64,000 bases of DNA from Candidatus Bathyarchaeota archaeon (GTDB taxonomy: Archaea > Thermoproteota > Bathyarchaeia > Bathyarchaeales > Bathycorpusculaceae). The translations under genes were made by a program, and so were the position numbers. The stretch is taken from contig CAWGYA010000008.1 in assembly GCA_963826715.1 (NCBI GenBank), positions 1,216,001 to 1,280,000 on the forward strand, read 5' to 3'. Numbering within the stretch: the stretch's first letter is position 1; the number at the start of each line of letters is the position of its first letter. Positions 48,502 to 58,579 of this stretch are shown piece after piece. The notes beneath the pieces are model-generated. The model was not told the DNA's origin and did no database searches. It saw only the letters and a list, made by a program, of their open reading frames with translations.

Positions 48502-50113
48502 AATATCGTGTTTTAGGATTGAATTCTTCTCGGACCTGCATTTGGCGACGTTTGCGGTTGTAACCCAGCGAGAAGTCATGGGTGGCATCGCGGATTTTTC
48601 TCAGCAAAAGCATCATACGGCTGTTTCTGTCAAAGACATAGGGCACTGGTTCATTGGGAAAGTAGATTTCTTCGCGTTCCTTCGCTAGCCCAATCAACGG
48701 AACTTGCAGTGCCAGTTTTTGGAGGGCATTTTTAGCTGAGGTGACTTGCCCTAGTCCCCCATCAATGACAATGAGGTTGGGAAGAGGATTCTTTTCTTCA
48801 AGTTGCCGCTTGTATCTACGCAATACGACCTCGTTAACGGCGGCGAAGTCATCCTGCCCAACAAATGACTTAATTTTGAATTTGCGGTAATTCTTTTTGT
48901 CGGGTTTCCCATCTCTGAAGCTTACCATTCCCGAAACCACATGCTCCGTGCCAAGATTGGATATGTCAAAGCACTCAATTAGTCGTGGCAAAGTGGACAA
49001 GTTGAGATTGTTTTGTAAATCGAATAGTGCGCTGTCAAAGTCAAGGTTTGATTCGAGGTTTTTCTCTGCCAGTTTTACCAGTGCCAATTTGTCTGCGCGT
49101 CGTGGAATAGTCAGTGAAACAGGTGCAAGCCTCTTAGCGGAAAGGAATTCCTCAAGCGCTTTCTTTTCTCCGGTGCTTTGCCAGTACGGCTTATTGAGCA
49201 GGATTTCCCTTGGGATCCGATTTGTAGTGTAGTACGCTTTCAAAAATTCCTCCTCGACTTGCGGCTGCAAATCTACTGTAAACTCCTTTTTGCCCAAAAG
49301 TACGCCTTTACGCACGCCCATTTGCACTGCATGCACCTTTTCGCCAACTCTCCGGAATACCAAAACATCCTGATCAAAGCGACGTTCGTTGTCCACGATT
49401 TGCCGCTGAGTTACAAGTCGAATCGAAGCAATCTGGTTGCGTAGCTCCAAGGCGTTTTCATATTGTTGGTTCTGGGATGCAGCCTGCATCTTTTGGTTTA
49501 GCTCTGCCATTGTTGTCTCATAGTTTCCGCCAAGAAAGCTCCTTGCCTGTTGTACCTGCTCGGCATACTCTTCGGCGGTGACTTTTCTGTCGCAGGGGGC
49601 AGTGCAGAGGTGGATGTGGTAGTTAAGACAGGGTCGTTTGTGGAGGTTTTTGCATGTGCGGAGTTTGAAGACTTTGACGACAAGGCGTTGGAGGTCTTGG
49701 CGAGTGTAGCCATCGGTGAAAGGACCAAAAGATTCGAGTTTGCGGCTGACTTTGCGGCTCATCATGAGGCGCGGGAAAGCTTCGCGTGTTAGGGCAATGT
49801 ACGCGTATGTTTTAGCGTCTTTAAGGTTTATGTTGTATTTTGGGGTGTGCTGTTTGATGAGTTTGTTTTCTAGCAGCAGCGCCTCAACTTCATTGTTGAC
49901 TATGACCCAGTCAATGCTTCGGATATGAATTACCAGTTGCCGTGTCTTGATTGGGTGATCATTGTTGGAAAAATAGCTTTTCACTCTTGAGCGCAGGTTC
50001 TTGGCTTTGCCCACATATATGATTTCGTCTTGCCAGTCACGGTATATGTAGACGCCTGGGTCAGTTGGTATGTTGTTGGCTTTGAAGTCTTGAGGACTGC
50101 TTATTTTTATCAT
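48461..50113 (-). CDS. uvrC: Excinuclease ABC subunit C (lacks C-terminal HhH domain)
   Basis: GIY-YIG (PGVY..IYVGKAKNLRSRV), UVR domain, ECFDISN, DDFAA, IDGG.GQ, RDATH. Confidence 0.95.
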   Translation of the reverse strand: MIKISSPQDFKANNIPTDPGVYIYRDWQDEIIYVGKAKNLRSRVKSYFSNNDHPIKTRQLVIHIRSIDWVIVNNEVEALLLENKLIKQHTPKYNINLKDAKTYAYIALTREAFPRLMMSRKVSRKLESFGPFTDGYTRQDLQRLVVKVFKLRTCKNLHKRPCLNYHIHLCTAPCDRKVTAEEYAEQVQQARSFLGGNYETTMAELNQKMQAASQNQQYENALELRNQIASIRLVTQRQIVDNERRFDQDVLVFRRVGEKVHAVQMGVRKGVLLGKKEFTVDLQPQVEEEFLKAYYTTNRIPREILLNKPYWQSTGEKKALEEFLSAKRLAPVSLTIPRRADKLALVKLAEKNLESNLDFDSALFDLQNNLNLSTLPRLIECFDISNLGTEHVVSGMVSFRDGKPDKKNYRKFKIKSFVGQDDFAAVNEVVLRRYKRQLEEKNPLPNLIVIDGGLGQVTSAKNALQKLALQVPLIGLAKEREEIYFPNEPVPYVFDRNSRMMLLLRKIRDATHDFSLGYNRKRRQMQVREEFNPKTRYFKRPDAQAESSSQ

Positions 50114-53013
50114 GTAGGCTGCTTCACTGTCAAACTAATCTCTTCTTTTGGGAGGTTAAGAATTTTCTGCAAAAACATCCCAGTGTAGCTTTGGTTGTTT
50201 CCTGCAACTTCCTCGGGTGTGCCTTCCGCTAAGAGTTCACCGCCAGCTGCGCCACCTTCGGGTCCCAAATCAATGAGGTAGTCGCAGCTTTTGATTACGT
50301 CGAGGTTGTGTTCAATGATATAAACAGTGTTGTCATTATCGACGAGGCGGTTGAGTACGCGGATAAGCCGTTTAGTGTCATCGAAATGTAAGCCAGTTGT
50401 GGGTTCATCAAGCATGTAAACCACGTGGCCTGATTTGTGTTTGCTGAGTTCACGAGTGATTTTGATGCGCTGGCTTTCGCCGCCCGATAATGTCGTGGAG
50501 CTTTGCCCTAGTTTAATGTAGCCCAATCCCACATCAAGCAGCGTCTGCAGTTTACGTGCTACACGCGGCGTGTTTTCAAAGAATTTGGCAGCTTCCTCGA
50601 CTGTCATATCAAGGATCTCAGCGATATTCTTTCCTTTGTAGAGCACTGCAATAGTTTCTTTATTGTATCGTTTACCTTTGCATTCACTACACTGCACATA
50701 AACATCAGGCAAAAAATTCATTTCTATACGCAAAACACCGTCGCCTTGGCAGGTTTCGCATCTGCCGCCCTTTACATTAAAGCTGAATCTACCCTGTTTG
50801 TATCCTCGGGCTTTTGCTTCTTTGGTGGATGCGAATATGCTACGGATTTCGTCGAAGAGTTTGGTGTAGGTGGCGGGGTTGCTGCGTGGCGTGCGCCCGA
50901 TGGGGTCTTGGTCAATGACTATAACATTGCGCACGACGCTTGGCACTTCGAGTTCTTCGTGTTTGCCGACTTTGTCCACTTGCTCGCTGAATATTTGTCG
51001 TAGAGCAGGGATAACTGTGAGGTTCATGAGTGTGCTTTTGCCTGAACCCGAAACGCCTGTGATGCCGCAGAGTACTCCGAGTGGCAGCTGGAGGTTGAGG
51101 TGTTTAAGGTTGTTTTCTTGTGCACCTTTGACGCCTATATATTCAACGGGGCTGCGGCGAGTTGTGGGTACTTCGATTTTGAGTTCGCCGGAGAGGTACT
51201 TACCCGTTAAACTTCGGGTGTTCGCCATCACCTCGGCAGGTGAGCCTTCTGCGACGACGTGGCCGCCATGAACGCCAGCACCTGGACCCATATCCACAAT
51301 GTAGTCAGCATGTCGCATTGTGTCTTCATCGTGTTCCACCACAATTAGGGTGTTGCCAAGGTTCCGAAGCCGTTGCAGTGTGCTGATGAGTTTGGCGTTG
51401 TCGCGTTGATGTAGACCGATGCTGGGTTCATCCAGGATGTAGAGAACGCCCATGAGGTTGCTCCCAATCTGTGTAGCTAAGCGGATTCGTTGCGCTTCGC
51501 CACCTGATAGTGTTTTTGCTGCACGAGATAATGACAAATAGCCTAAGCCTACGTTTTTTAGAAATCCCAATCGCTCATTGATTTCTTTAAGTACCTGTTT
51601 AGCAATCAGTAGCTCCTTATCATTTAATTGTGATGGAAGCTTCTGGAAGAAATCTACAGACTCTTCAATTGAGAGGTCGGTTACGTCAATGATGCTTTTA
51701 GCCAGAATTTGTACTGCGAGCACGACGGGTTGGAGTTTTTTGCCGTGACAGGCGTTACAGAGGCGTGCAGTCATGAATTTTTCTATGTCTTCTTTGCGCC
51801 ATTCGCTTTCAGTTTGTCGATACAGACGCATGGTTTGGGGTATAACGCCCTCCCAGCCGTCTCGCATCCACATGGTAGCGCCGTTTGACCAGTTGCCATT
51901 AATGGGTTCGCGATCGCCATAAAGCATAACTTGTAGCTGCTGCTCAGTGAAGTCTTTGATGGGCGTGAAAACGTCAAAGCCATATTTTCTTCCCACCGTA
52001 GCAAGTTGCTGTGCCCGCCAACTTAAATCCATGGTACTCTTGTAAACTGCCAATGCACCATCCATGATGGAGAGGTTCTTGTTGGGTATGACTTTGTCCG
52101 GTGTTACTTCAGTGATTTCGCCTAAACCGTGACAGACTGGGCACGCGCCGAATGGTGAGTTGAAGCTAAACATGCGTGGTTCAAGGCTCTCAAATACTAT
52201 TTCTGGGTGGTTTGGGCAGGCACCGAAGGTGCTATACATTGTTTCGCCTTCGAAGCGTTCTAGTTCTTTCTTTTTGTCTACGTCACTATTAACGGCGTCA
52301 ATGACTATCATGGTGCCCTTGCCCATTTTTAATGCACTCTCGACTGCTTCGGCTATACGTGACCTCTCTTCATCGGAAATGGTAACGGTGTCTATGACAG
52401 CTTCTATCCAGTGCTTCTCGTAACGCACTAGTTTGACTTCTTCTTTGATGTGATCAGTTTCGTAGATTTTTTGGTCTACGCGAATTTTGTTGTACCCTTC
52501 CTTTTTGAGGTCATCGAAGACTTGTTCATGGGTTCCTTTCATGCCGCGTATTATCGGAGCTAGAAACACAAGGCGTTTGTTCTTATCGGACATTATGAGG
52601 CTACTGATGTTTTCGGCACTCTGCGGGTGGATACTGCTGCCGCATTTGGGGCAGTGATGCGTTCCGACCCGTGCATATAAAAGCCGCAGATAATCGTAGA
52701 TTTCGGTGACTGTGCCTACTGTTGACCGGGGGTTTTTGCTGGTACTCTTCTGCTCGATGCTTATTGCAGGTGAGAGCCCTTCGATTGAATCCACGTCTGG
52801 CTTATCCATTAATCCCAAGAATTGGCGTGCATAGGCAGAGAGGCTTTCCACGTAGCGGCGTTGTCCCTCGGCGTAGATGGTGTCAAATGCCAATGTGGAT
52901 TTCCCAGAGCCGGAGAGCCCAGTAATCACTATCAACTTGTTTCGGGGCAACTCTAAATCAATATTTTTTAGATTGTGTTCCCGTGCACCTTTAATGGATA
53001 TGTTGTCACGCAT
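50110..53013 (-). CDS. uvrA: Excinuclease ABC subunit A
   Basis: GAREHNLKN, two ABC modules (GLSGSGKS, GVSGSGKS, LSGGE), zinc fingers. Confidence 0.98.
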   Translation of the reverse strand: MRDNISIKGAREHNLKNIDLELPRNKLIVITGLSGSGKSTLAFDTIYAEGQRRYVESLSAYARQFLGLMDKPDVDSIEGLSPAISIEQKSTSKNPRSTVGTVTEIYDYLRLLYARVGTHHCPKCGSSIHPQSAENISSLIMSDKNKRLVFLAPIIRGMKGTHEQVFDDLKKEGYNKIRVDQKIYETDHIKEEVKLVRYEKHWIEAVIDTVTISDEERSRIAEAVESALKMGKGTMIVIDAVNSDVDKKKELERFEGETMYSTFGACPNHPEIVFESLEPRMFSFNSPFGACPVCHGLGEITEVTPDKVIPNKNLSIMDGALAVYKSTMDLSWRAQQLATVGRKYGFDVFTPIKDFTEQQLQVMLYGDREPINGNWSNGATMWMRDGWEGVIPQTMRLYRQTESEWRKEDIEKFMTARLCNACHGKKLQPVVLAVQILAKSIIDVTDLSIEESVDFFQKLPSQLNDKELLIAKQVLKEINERLGFLKNVGLGYLSLSRAAKTLSGGEAQRIRLATQIGSNLMGVLYILDEPSIGLHQRDNAKLISTLQRLRNLGNTLIVVEHDEDTMRHADYIVDMGPGAGVHGGHVVAEGSPAEVMANTRSLTGKYLSGELKIEVPTTRRSPVEYIGVKGAQENNLKHLNLQLPLGVLCGITGVSGSGKSTLMNLTVIPALRQIFSEQVDKVGKHEELEVPSVVRNVIVIDQDPIGRTPRSNPATYTKLFDEIRSIFASTKEAKARGYKQGRFSFNVKGGRCETCQGDGVLRIEMNFLPDVYVQCSECKGKRYNKETIAVLYKGKNIAEILDMTVEEAAKFFENTPRVARKLQTLLDVGLGYIKLGQSSTTLSGGESQRIKITRELSKHKSGHVVYMLDEPTTGLHFDDTKRLIRVLNRLVDNDNTVYIIEHNLDVIKSCDYLIDLGPEGGAAGGELLAEGTPEEVAGNNQSYTGMFLQKILNLPKEEISLTVKQPT

Positions 53014-53092
53014 GAGCTACTTTTTTCCCTTCTTCAAATGTGGGTTTACCTTGTTTTTATTTGAAAGATTAGAACCTTTTTGTACAGAACTC

Positions 53093-55051
53093 CTAAATTT
53101 TTGGGCTATTAGCCTCATTTTCTACTTTGTGGTCCAATGCTTTCTGCATCTCAGCAATCGCATCGCGGAACTTTATGGCTTTTTCAAAGTCCAATTTCTC
53201 GGCGGCTTCCCGCATCTTTGCATCCATCTCGATGATTTGCCGTCTCATGTCGGATTTGGGCAGGTGTTTTGTACCTTTAATCACGTTTTCTTTTTGCGAT
53301 ACGCTTTTGATGATTGTTTTAGGTGTGATACCATGTTTTTGGTTGTATCGTTTCTGGACGCTACGACGGTAATATGTGATTTCCATGGCGCGTTTGATGG
53401 ATTGGGTTTGTTTGTCCGCATAGAGGATGACTTTGCCGTTGACATTACGTGCAGCTCGCCCGATTGTCTGGATTAAGCTACGTTCGTCGCGCAGAAAGCC
53501 TTCTTTGTCGGCATCAAGGATGAAAATGGTGGCAACTTCCGGGAGGTCTAAGCCTTCACGGAGAAGATTGATTCCGACTAGGATATCAAAGTCCCCTATC
53601 CTTAGCTGCCTCAATAGCTCAATGCGATCAAGACTCTCGATTTCGCTGTGCATGTAGCGTACACGGAAGCCCTCCTTAGAGAGATAATCTGCTAAATCCT
53701 CTGCCATCAGCTTAGTGAGGGTAGTAACTAAGACGCGTTCGCCCCTTGCAATCGTTTTTTTAGCTTCCGTCATAAGATGTTGCATCTGTCCCTCAATGGG
53801 GTGCATCTCAACTTCAGGGTCCAAAAGTCCCGTAGGTCTTGTGATTAATTCGACTGGGACTCCGCTTTTTTGTAATTCGTATTCGGCGGGAGTAGCTGAA
53901 ACAAAAAGGACCTTACCCATTTTCCGTTCGAATTCGTCGAATTTCAACGGGCGATTATCTAATGCGCTAGGGAGGCGAAAACCGAAGTCAACTAGATTCT
54001 TTTTGCGGCTGTAGTCACCATTGTACATAGCCCGAGCTTGGGGGATAGTCTGATGGCTTTCGTCGATAATTAGCAAAAAGTCCTTTGGGAAGTAATCTAT
54101 TAGAGTAAACGGCGGCTCACCGGGTCGGCGTCCGTCAAAATGACGACTGTAGTTCTCCATTCCCGCACAGAAGCCAACTTCCTTAATCATCTCCAAATCA
54201 TAGTTGGTACGTTGCTTAAGTCTATGCGCCTCTAAAGGGGGAAGGTCAATCAGACGTTCACGGAGTTCCTGTTTGATATGTTCAAGGGCAAGGGCATGCT
54301 TCTCTTCAGGAACCACATACTGGCGTGCTGGGTAGAGCGTGAGCTTGTCCACGTAAACCTTTACATCGCCATTTAACAAATTCACTTCTTTAATTTTATT
54401 TATGGTGTTACATTCAAGTTCTACACGCAAAATCGCGCTCTCGTATGAGGGAACTATATCGACAGTGTCGCCGCGAACGCGAAACCTGCCAGGTTCAAGA
54501 ACCATATCGTTGCGTTCATACTGCATGTCGACTAGGTCATGGACAAGCTGTTGTCTTGACATGGTTTTGCCCACTTCCAGTTGCGCTGCCATAGCGCGGA
54601 AATCTTCAGGGTTACCTAAGCTGTAGATGCAACTAATCGACGCCACTATTATGGTGTCGTTACGGCTCACTACGCTGGAAACGGCGTGCATACGCATTTT
54701 CTCTATTTGGTCATTGACTGTTGAATCTTTCTCAATGTACATGTCTTGTGCGGGTAAATATGATTCGGGCTGGTAATAATCGTAGAAACTGATGAAGTAT
54801 TCAACACGGTTATGTGGAAAAAGCGCCTTTAATTCAGCGTAAAGTTGGGCCGCTAACGTTTTGTTATGCGCCAAAATAAGGGTAGGTTTCTGCAGTTTAT
54901 TTATTACGTTTGCCATTACGAAGGTTTTGCCGCTACCTGTTATGCCTAATAGCGTCTGCTTTTTATTGGCTGAGAAGTTCTTGATTAACTGTTTCACTGC
55001 GTCTTGCTGCCCTGGCGAGGTTTGGTAAGGCGCAACGAGTTTAAACTGCAT
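53093..55051 (-). CDS. uvrB: Excinuclease ABC subunit B
   Basis: GITGSGKT, HNKTLAAQL, YDYYQPE, DESH, GFRLPSA, QTIGRAARN. Confidence 0.98.
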   Translation of the reverse strand: MQFKLVAPYQTSPGQQDAVKQLIKNFSANKKQTLLGITGSGKTFVMANVINKLQKPTLILAHNKTLAAQLYAELKALFPHNRVEYFISFYDYYQPESYLPAQDMYIEKDSTVNDQIEKMRMHAVSSVVSRNDTIIVASISCIYSLGNPEDFRAMAAQLEVGKTMSRQQLVHDLVDMQYERNDMVLEPGRFRVRGDTVDIVPSYESAILRVELECNTINKIKEVNLLNGDVKVYVDKLTLYPARQYVVPEEKHALALEHIKQELRERLIDLPPLEAHRLKQRTNYDLEMIKEVGFCAGMENYSRHFDGRRPGEPPFTLIDYFPKDFLLIIDESHQTIPQARAMYNGDYSRKKNLVDFGFRLPSALDNRPLKFDEFERKMGKVLFVSATPAEYELQKSGVPVELITRPTGLLDPEVEMHPIEGQMQHLMTEAKKTIARGERVLVTTLTKLMAEDLADYLSKEGFRVRYMHSEIESLDRIELLRQLRIGDFDILVGINLLREGLDLPEVATIFILDADKEGFLRDERSLIQTIGRAARNVNGKVILYADKQTQSIKRAMEITYYRRSVQKRYNQKHGITPKTIIKSVSQKENVIKGTKHLPKSDMRRQIIEMDAKMREAAEKLDFEKAIKFRDAIAEMQKALDHKVENEANSPKI

Positions 55052-55218
55052 TTTTACTATCTCACTAACGACAAAATGACCCAGCCAAATGAATTAATAA
55101 ATTTTTGCACGCAATAACAAAAATTCAGAGTTAGAGACTTCGAGCAAAAACGACTATTGTGGTGCTATGCTAGTTATTAAAAGTATTAAGAAATCTAAAT
55201 TAAAAAGAAAAAGTTAGT

Positions 55219-55512
55219 TTAGTTTACAGTCATCGTACCGAATTTGCCGACGTTAAGCTGTATTTCACCTTTAAAACTAGTGACATAGCCGTTGTCGATT
55301 TTTACGTTGTCGCCCACGTTAACCTGGTCAATTTGTTCGTTCCATAGTGTTAATTTAATGCTGCCTGTTTCGTCAGCAATAACCGCGTCAACGATTCGGT
55401 AAGTTTCGTCTTTATATTTAGATTTGACTTCTCGGGGGTCGCCTTTTTCAACTACTTTCGCTTCTACACTAACCCGTTTCATTCCATCATTTAAGTCTTT
55501 AATATCAACCAA
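55219..55512 (-). CDS. ssb: Single-stranded DNA-binding protein (single OB fold)
   Basis: IKDL..GMK.V.V...DETGSIKLTLW...IDNGYV.SFKGEIQLNVGKFG. Confidence 0.88.
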   Translation of the reverse strand: MVDIKDLNDGMKRVSVEAKVVEKGDPREVKSKYKDETYRIVDAVIADETGSIKLTLWNEQIDQVNVGDNVKIDNGYVTSFKGEIQLNVGKFGTMTVN

Positions 55513-55674
55513 TTTACTTCACTTCGAACTGTACGTAAACGCTTTTGCTATTTCAAAAATATAAATCTTGCTAACTAATGTTCTGTAAAGTCTTCAGTTA
55601 TCTATTTTCCATGTAAATATTCGGTTAAATAGAATTAAAAGAGAACAAAAAGAAAAATGACTTGGAAAAGGTGG

Positions 55675-56952
55675 TTAAAGTACGCCGATGAAGAGCCATA
55701 ATGTTATGATAGTGACTCCGATGGATAAAGCAGCGATGCTTAGGCATTTTATGGTTGAGAATTCCGGTTTGAGCTCTTTAAGGGCTAATGTGCATAAGCC
55801 GCCTAGCCAAACATAGGATACAGCAAACATCCCTGTGATGATGCCTCTGAAGGTTTCCAGAGAAGTATTGATGTTAGCAAGATTACTCGCCGACTGAGCA
55901 GTGAGATTACCTATTGTCCCCAGAGGGTAAGAAACTGTCATAAAGTTGTTGTAGCCTAAACCTAAAGCGACGTCATATGGATAGAACACGCCTGGCATAG
56001 TTGCGGTGGCTGCGATATTCACTATAGCTCGAATAACCATCACGAACAAAGCACATCCGAATGCTATAAAAATGGGTTTCCATAGAATCGTGTTCTTTAA
56101 GACTCTAAAGATAACATAAGCTATGGCGGTTATAACCAACCATGTGAAGAGGAACTGTAGTGAAAATACTTGCAAGAAACCCAAAAGTCCATAGATATCA
56201 TATTGAATGGGTTGGATGAATTCTCCGCGGAAGAACAGCGCTCCAACGCGGAGAGTTAAGTCTTGATTATCTGCATAATTAAACTCCATTGTTAATGATG
56301 TAATATTAGTCCATTGCGGATTCCCACTAGCGGTCCAACCCGCTGCATTGGGTCCAAGTGGAACCGTTAAGTTACCCCATTGGCTAATTGCTTGGCCATC
56401 AGCGAGCATGCTTGTTAAATCGTATGTGTAATAATCTGTATCACCCAGCGAGTAAAGCGTTAAAGTGGCTGCTTCGGGCGCTGATTGGGGTTCAACAATT
56501 TTTACTGTGATGGAGAGGTTCTGAAAACCATTTGGAGTACAATCCACATTCGATGTGTTAGAGAGTGCGGCAATGACAGTATTTGTGTTGTTGGCATTGA
56601 TCTGTAAGCTAAAATTGCCGAAGAGCGGATAGTAGCCATTTGGATCGTTGGGTGCAGCCTGCAGTTCCGCAACGTAAACGGTGTTGTTATAATAATCGTT
56701 AAAATTGTTGGTTAATGCCACGTTGTCGCTGCTTCTCCAGTTAGTGGCGTTATTGTAGCTCTGCATTAAACCCGCAGTAGGCGAAGTGACCTCTAGCGAG
56801 GTTTTGGTGAACTGTGAGTACTCAAAGCCTATTTCCAAACCCATGAACAGTATAAGTACAATTATTACCGTGAGATATTTGGGGTTGGCGATTATGCTTT
56901 TGAATGCTTTTTTTGGAGAATAAATGACTTGCAGTATGTCGGTGAGAATCAA
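55675..56952 (-). CDS. Yip1-like membrane protein with large extracellular insertion
   Basis: N-terminal VIYSPKKAFKSI Yip1-like start; N/T/S-rich soluble domain between TM1 and the later TMs. Confidence 0.65.
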   Translation of the reverse strand: MILTDILQVIYSPKKAFKSIIANPKYLTVIIVLILFMGLEIGFEYSQFTKTSLEVTSPTAGLMQSYNNATNWRSSDNVALTNNFNDYYNNTVYVAELQAAPNDPNGYYPLFGNFSLQINANNTNTVIAALSNTSNVDCTPNGFQNLSITVKIVEPQSAPEAATLTLYSLGDTDYYTYDLTSMLADGQAISQWGNLTVPLGPNAAGWTASGNPQWTNITSLTMEFNYADNQDLTLRVGALFFRGEFIQPIQYDIYGLLGFLQVFSLQFLFTWLVITAIAYVIFRVLKNTILWKPIFIAFGCALFVMVIRAIVNIAATATMPGVFYPYDVALGLGYNNFMTVSYPLGTIGNLTAQSASNLANINTSLETFRGIITGMFAVSYVWLGGLCTLALKELKPEFSTIKCLSIAALSIGVTIITLWLFIGVL

Positions 56953-57070
56953 TTCTCTCTTTTCCCTCGGTATGTGTGATCTGCAAGGGCTTTATTAAGT
57001 GTTGTTCACATCTCATCTAACCAAATATATGCGGTTTTTATGCTTCAACTTTCGGCATACTTCAGCACCC

Positions 57071-58579
57071 TTACAAGCCCAGTTTTAGTCGACGATAAGT
57101 CGTGTAATCCACATATTCTACAAACGGGTTCTCCGCGAAGAATTTCACATTGATCTTCTGTCGTTGACGCTTATCAAGCAATTGGTTGGTGGTGCGAAGC
57201 AGATAGGCGTCGCTGCCTGCTCCTGAACCGTAACTTGCAACCAAAATTCGCTCCTCAGGCTTGGCAATATCTAAAATCGCTGCTAAACCCATCAGCGAGC
57301 ACCCTGAGTAGGTGTTACCGAACTTGTTAATCATTAAAGATGGCACATATTGCTCATCCCTGAAACCCAGCTCTTTGGAAATGCGCACCGGGAAAGTTGG
57401 GTTGGGTTGGTGAGGTATAAAGTAGTTAATGTCCGCGGCTTTGAGGTTATTGCGTTCCATGAGTGTGGAGGCAGCTTTGCGGATGTGTTTGAAGTAAGCT
57501 GGATCACCTGTGAATCTGCCACTGTGCAAAGGGAACATTTCTCCGTCACGACGCCAGAAATCAGGTGTATCTGACGTGCAGCTGTACCAGCCTTCCATCT
57601 CAGCTATAACGTCTTGTTTGCCGAAGATAAAGGAGGCACCACCATAACCTACAAATGTATCAAGTTCGCCGCCAGGGCATCCTCGTGGGGCCGCTTGCGA
57701 GTTGTCTGCTCCGATGACCATGGCGAATTTTATGCCCGAACGAGGGTAACTAACCAATGCCGAAGCATCCTTGAACATGCTTGAACCTGCTTTGCAGGCA
57801 AATTCAGTGTCAACCGCATCTACACCCTGAATGTCCCCTTCTTCTTCGCCGAGTTTTAGTACTTGCGCCACTTTTGAGGCGATGGGTTTCACTGCATAGG
57901 GATTGGATTCTGATCCTACGTAGACTTTTCCTATCCATTTACTATCCAGACCAGAGTGGATTAAAGAGAGTTTACCTGCTTCAACCGCGGCCGTTACTGA
58001 ATCTTCATCGATAAATGGCACCGCCCGCTCTAGGCCATCTCCTTTAATACGGAAACGTGATGAATATGCGCCGTAACCCACGATTCCAGGTAGCTCATAG
58101 CTTTTAGTGGGTTCAACAACTCTGTATTCCTGATGTGGATAATATTCATCGGCTAAAGTGAATGCGAGAGAAATAGTTGGCACTACGTCAGCTTTACCGA
58201 CTGAGTAGCGTCTTCGGAATCGGGGAATAACCTCGCGTCCTTCTAAACTTGAAAGATCAACGTCCTCACTATCACAGATTAATTGGTCGGTTAGTCTAGC
58301 TGGAACGCGGATTTTGCCATTATGGAATGAGACAATGCCATAAATGAAGTTGGGGAATTTGCTAAATTTATTTGTAGGTTCGTTTATGTAAGTGCATAGT
58401 TCAAGTTTACCTTTTTCATAGAAAAGGTCGATGCTGTCCATTTTGCCATAGCTTTTTCTGCCACAGATACTGCAGTAGTCGCGGACTTCAAAGTATTCTT
58501 TACCGCAGCATTGGCACCGACAAGCTCTTAGTCGGTCACCTAAATATGAAACTCGTCTCTCTATTGGTTCACTGCTCAT
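57071..58579 (-). CDS. DUF35 (Zn-ribbon/OB) domain fused to hydroxymethylglutaryl-CoA synthase
   Basis: N-terminal CQCCG.EYF..RDYCSICG + OB fold ending PRFRR; C-terminal DEDS, GSESNPYAVKP, EFACKAG, HQPN, GNTYSG, SYGSGAGSD. Confidence 0.9.
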   Translation of the reverse strand: MSSEPIERRVSYLGDRLRACRCQCCGKEYFEVRDYCSICGRKSYGKMDSIDLFYEKGKLELCTYINEPTNKFSKFPNFIYGIVSFHNGKIRVPARLTDQLICDSEDVDLSSLEGREVIPRFRRRYSVGKADVVPTISLAFTLADEYYPHQEYRVVEPTKSYELPGIVGYGAYSSRFRIKGDGLERAVPFIDEDSVTAAVEAGKLSLIHSGLDSKWIGKVYVGSESNPYAVKPIASKVAQVLKLGEEEGDIQGVDAVDTEFACKAGSSMFKDASALVSYPRSGIKFAMVIGADNSQAAPRGCPGGELDTFVGYGGASFIFGKQDVIAEMEGWYSCTSDTPDFWRRDGEMFPLHSGRFTGDPAYFKHIRKAASTLMERNNLKAADINYFIPHQPNPTFPVRISKELGFRDEQYVPSLMINKFGNTYSGCSLMGLAAILDIAKPEERILVASYGSGAGSDAYLLRTTNQLLDKRQRQKINVKFFAENPFVEYVDYTTYRRLKLGL

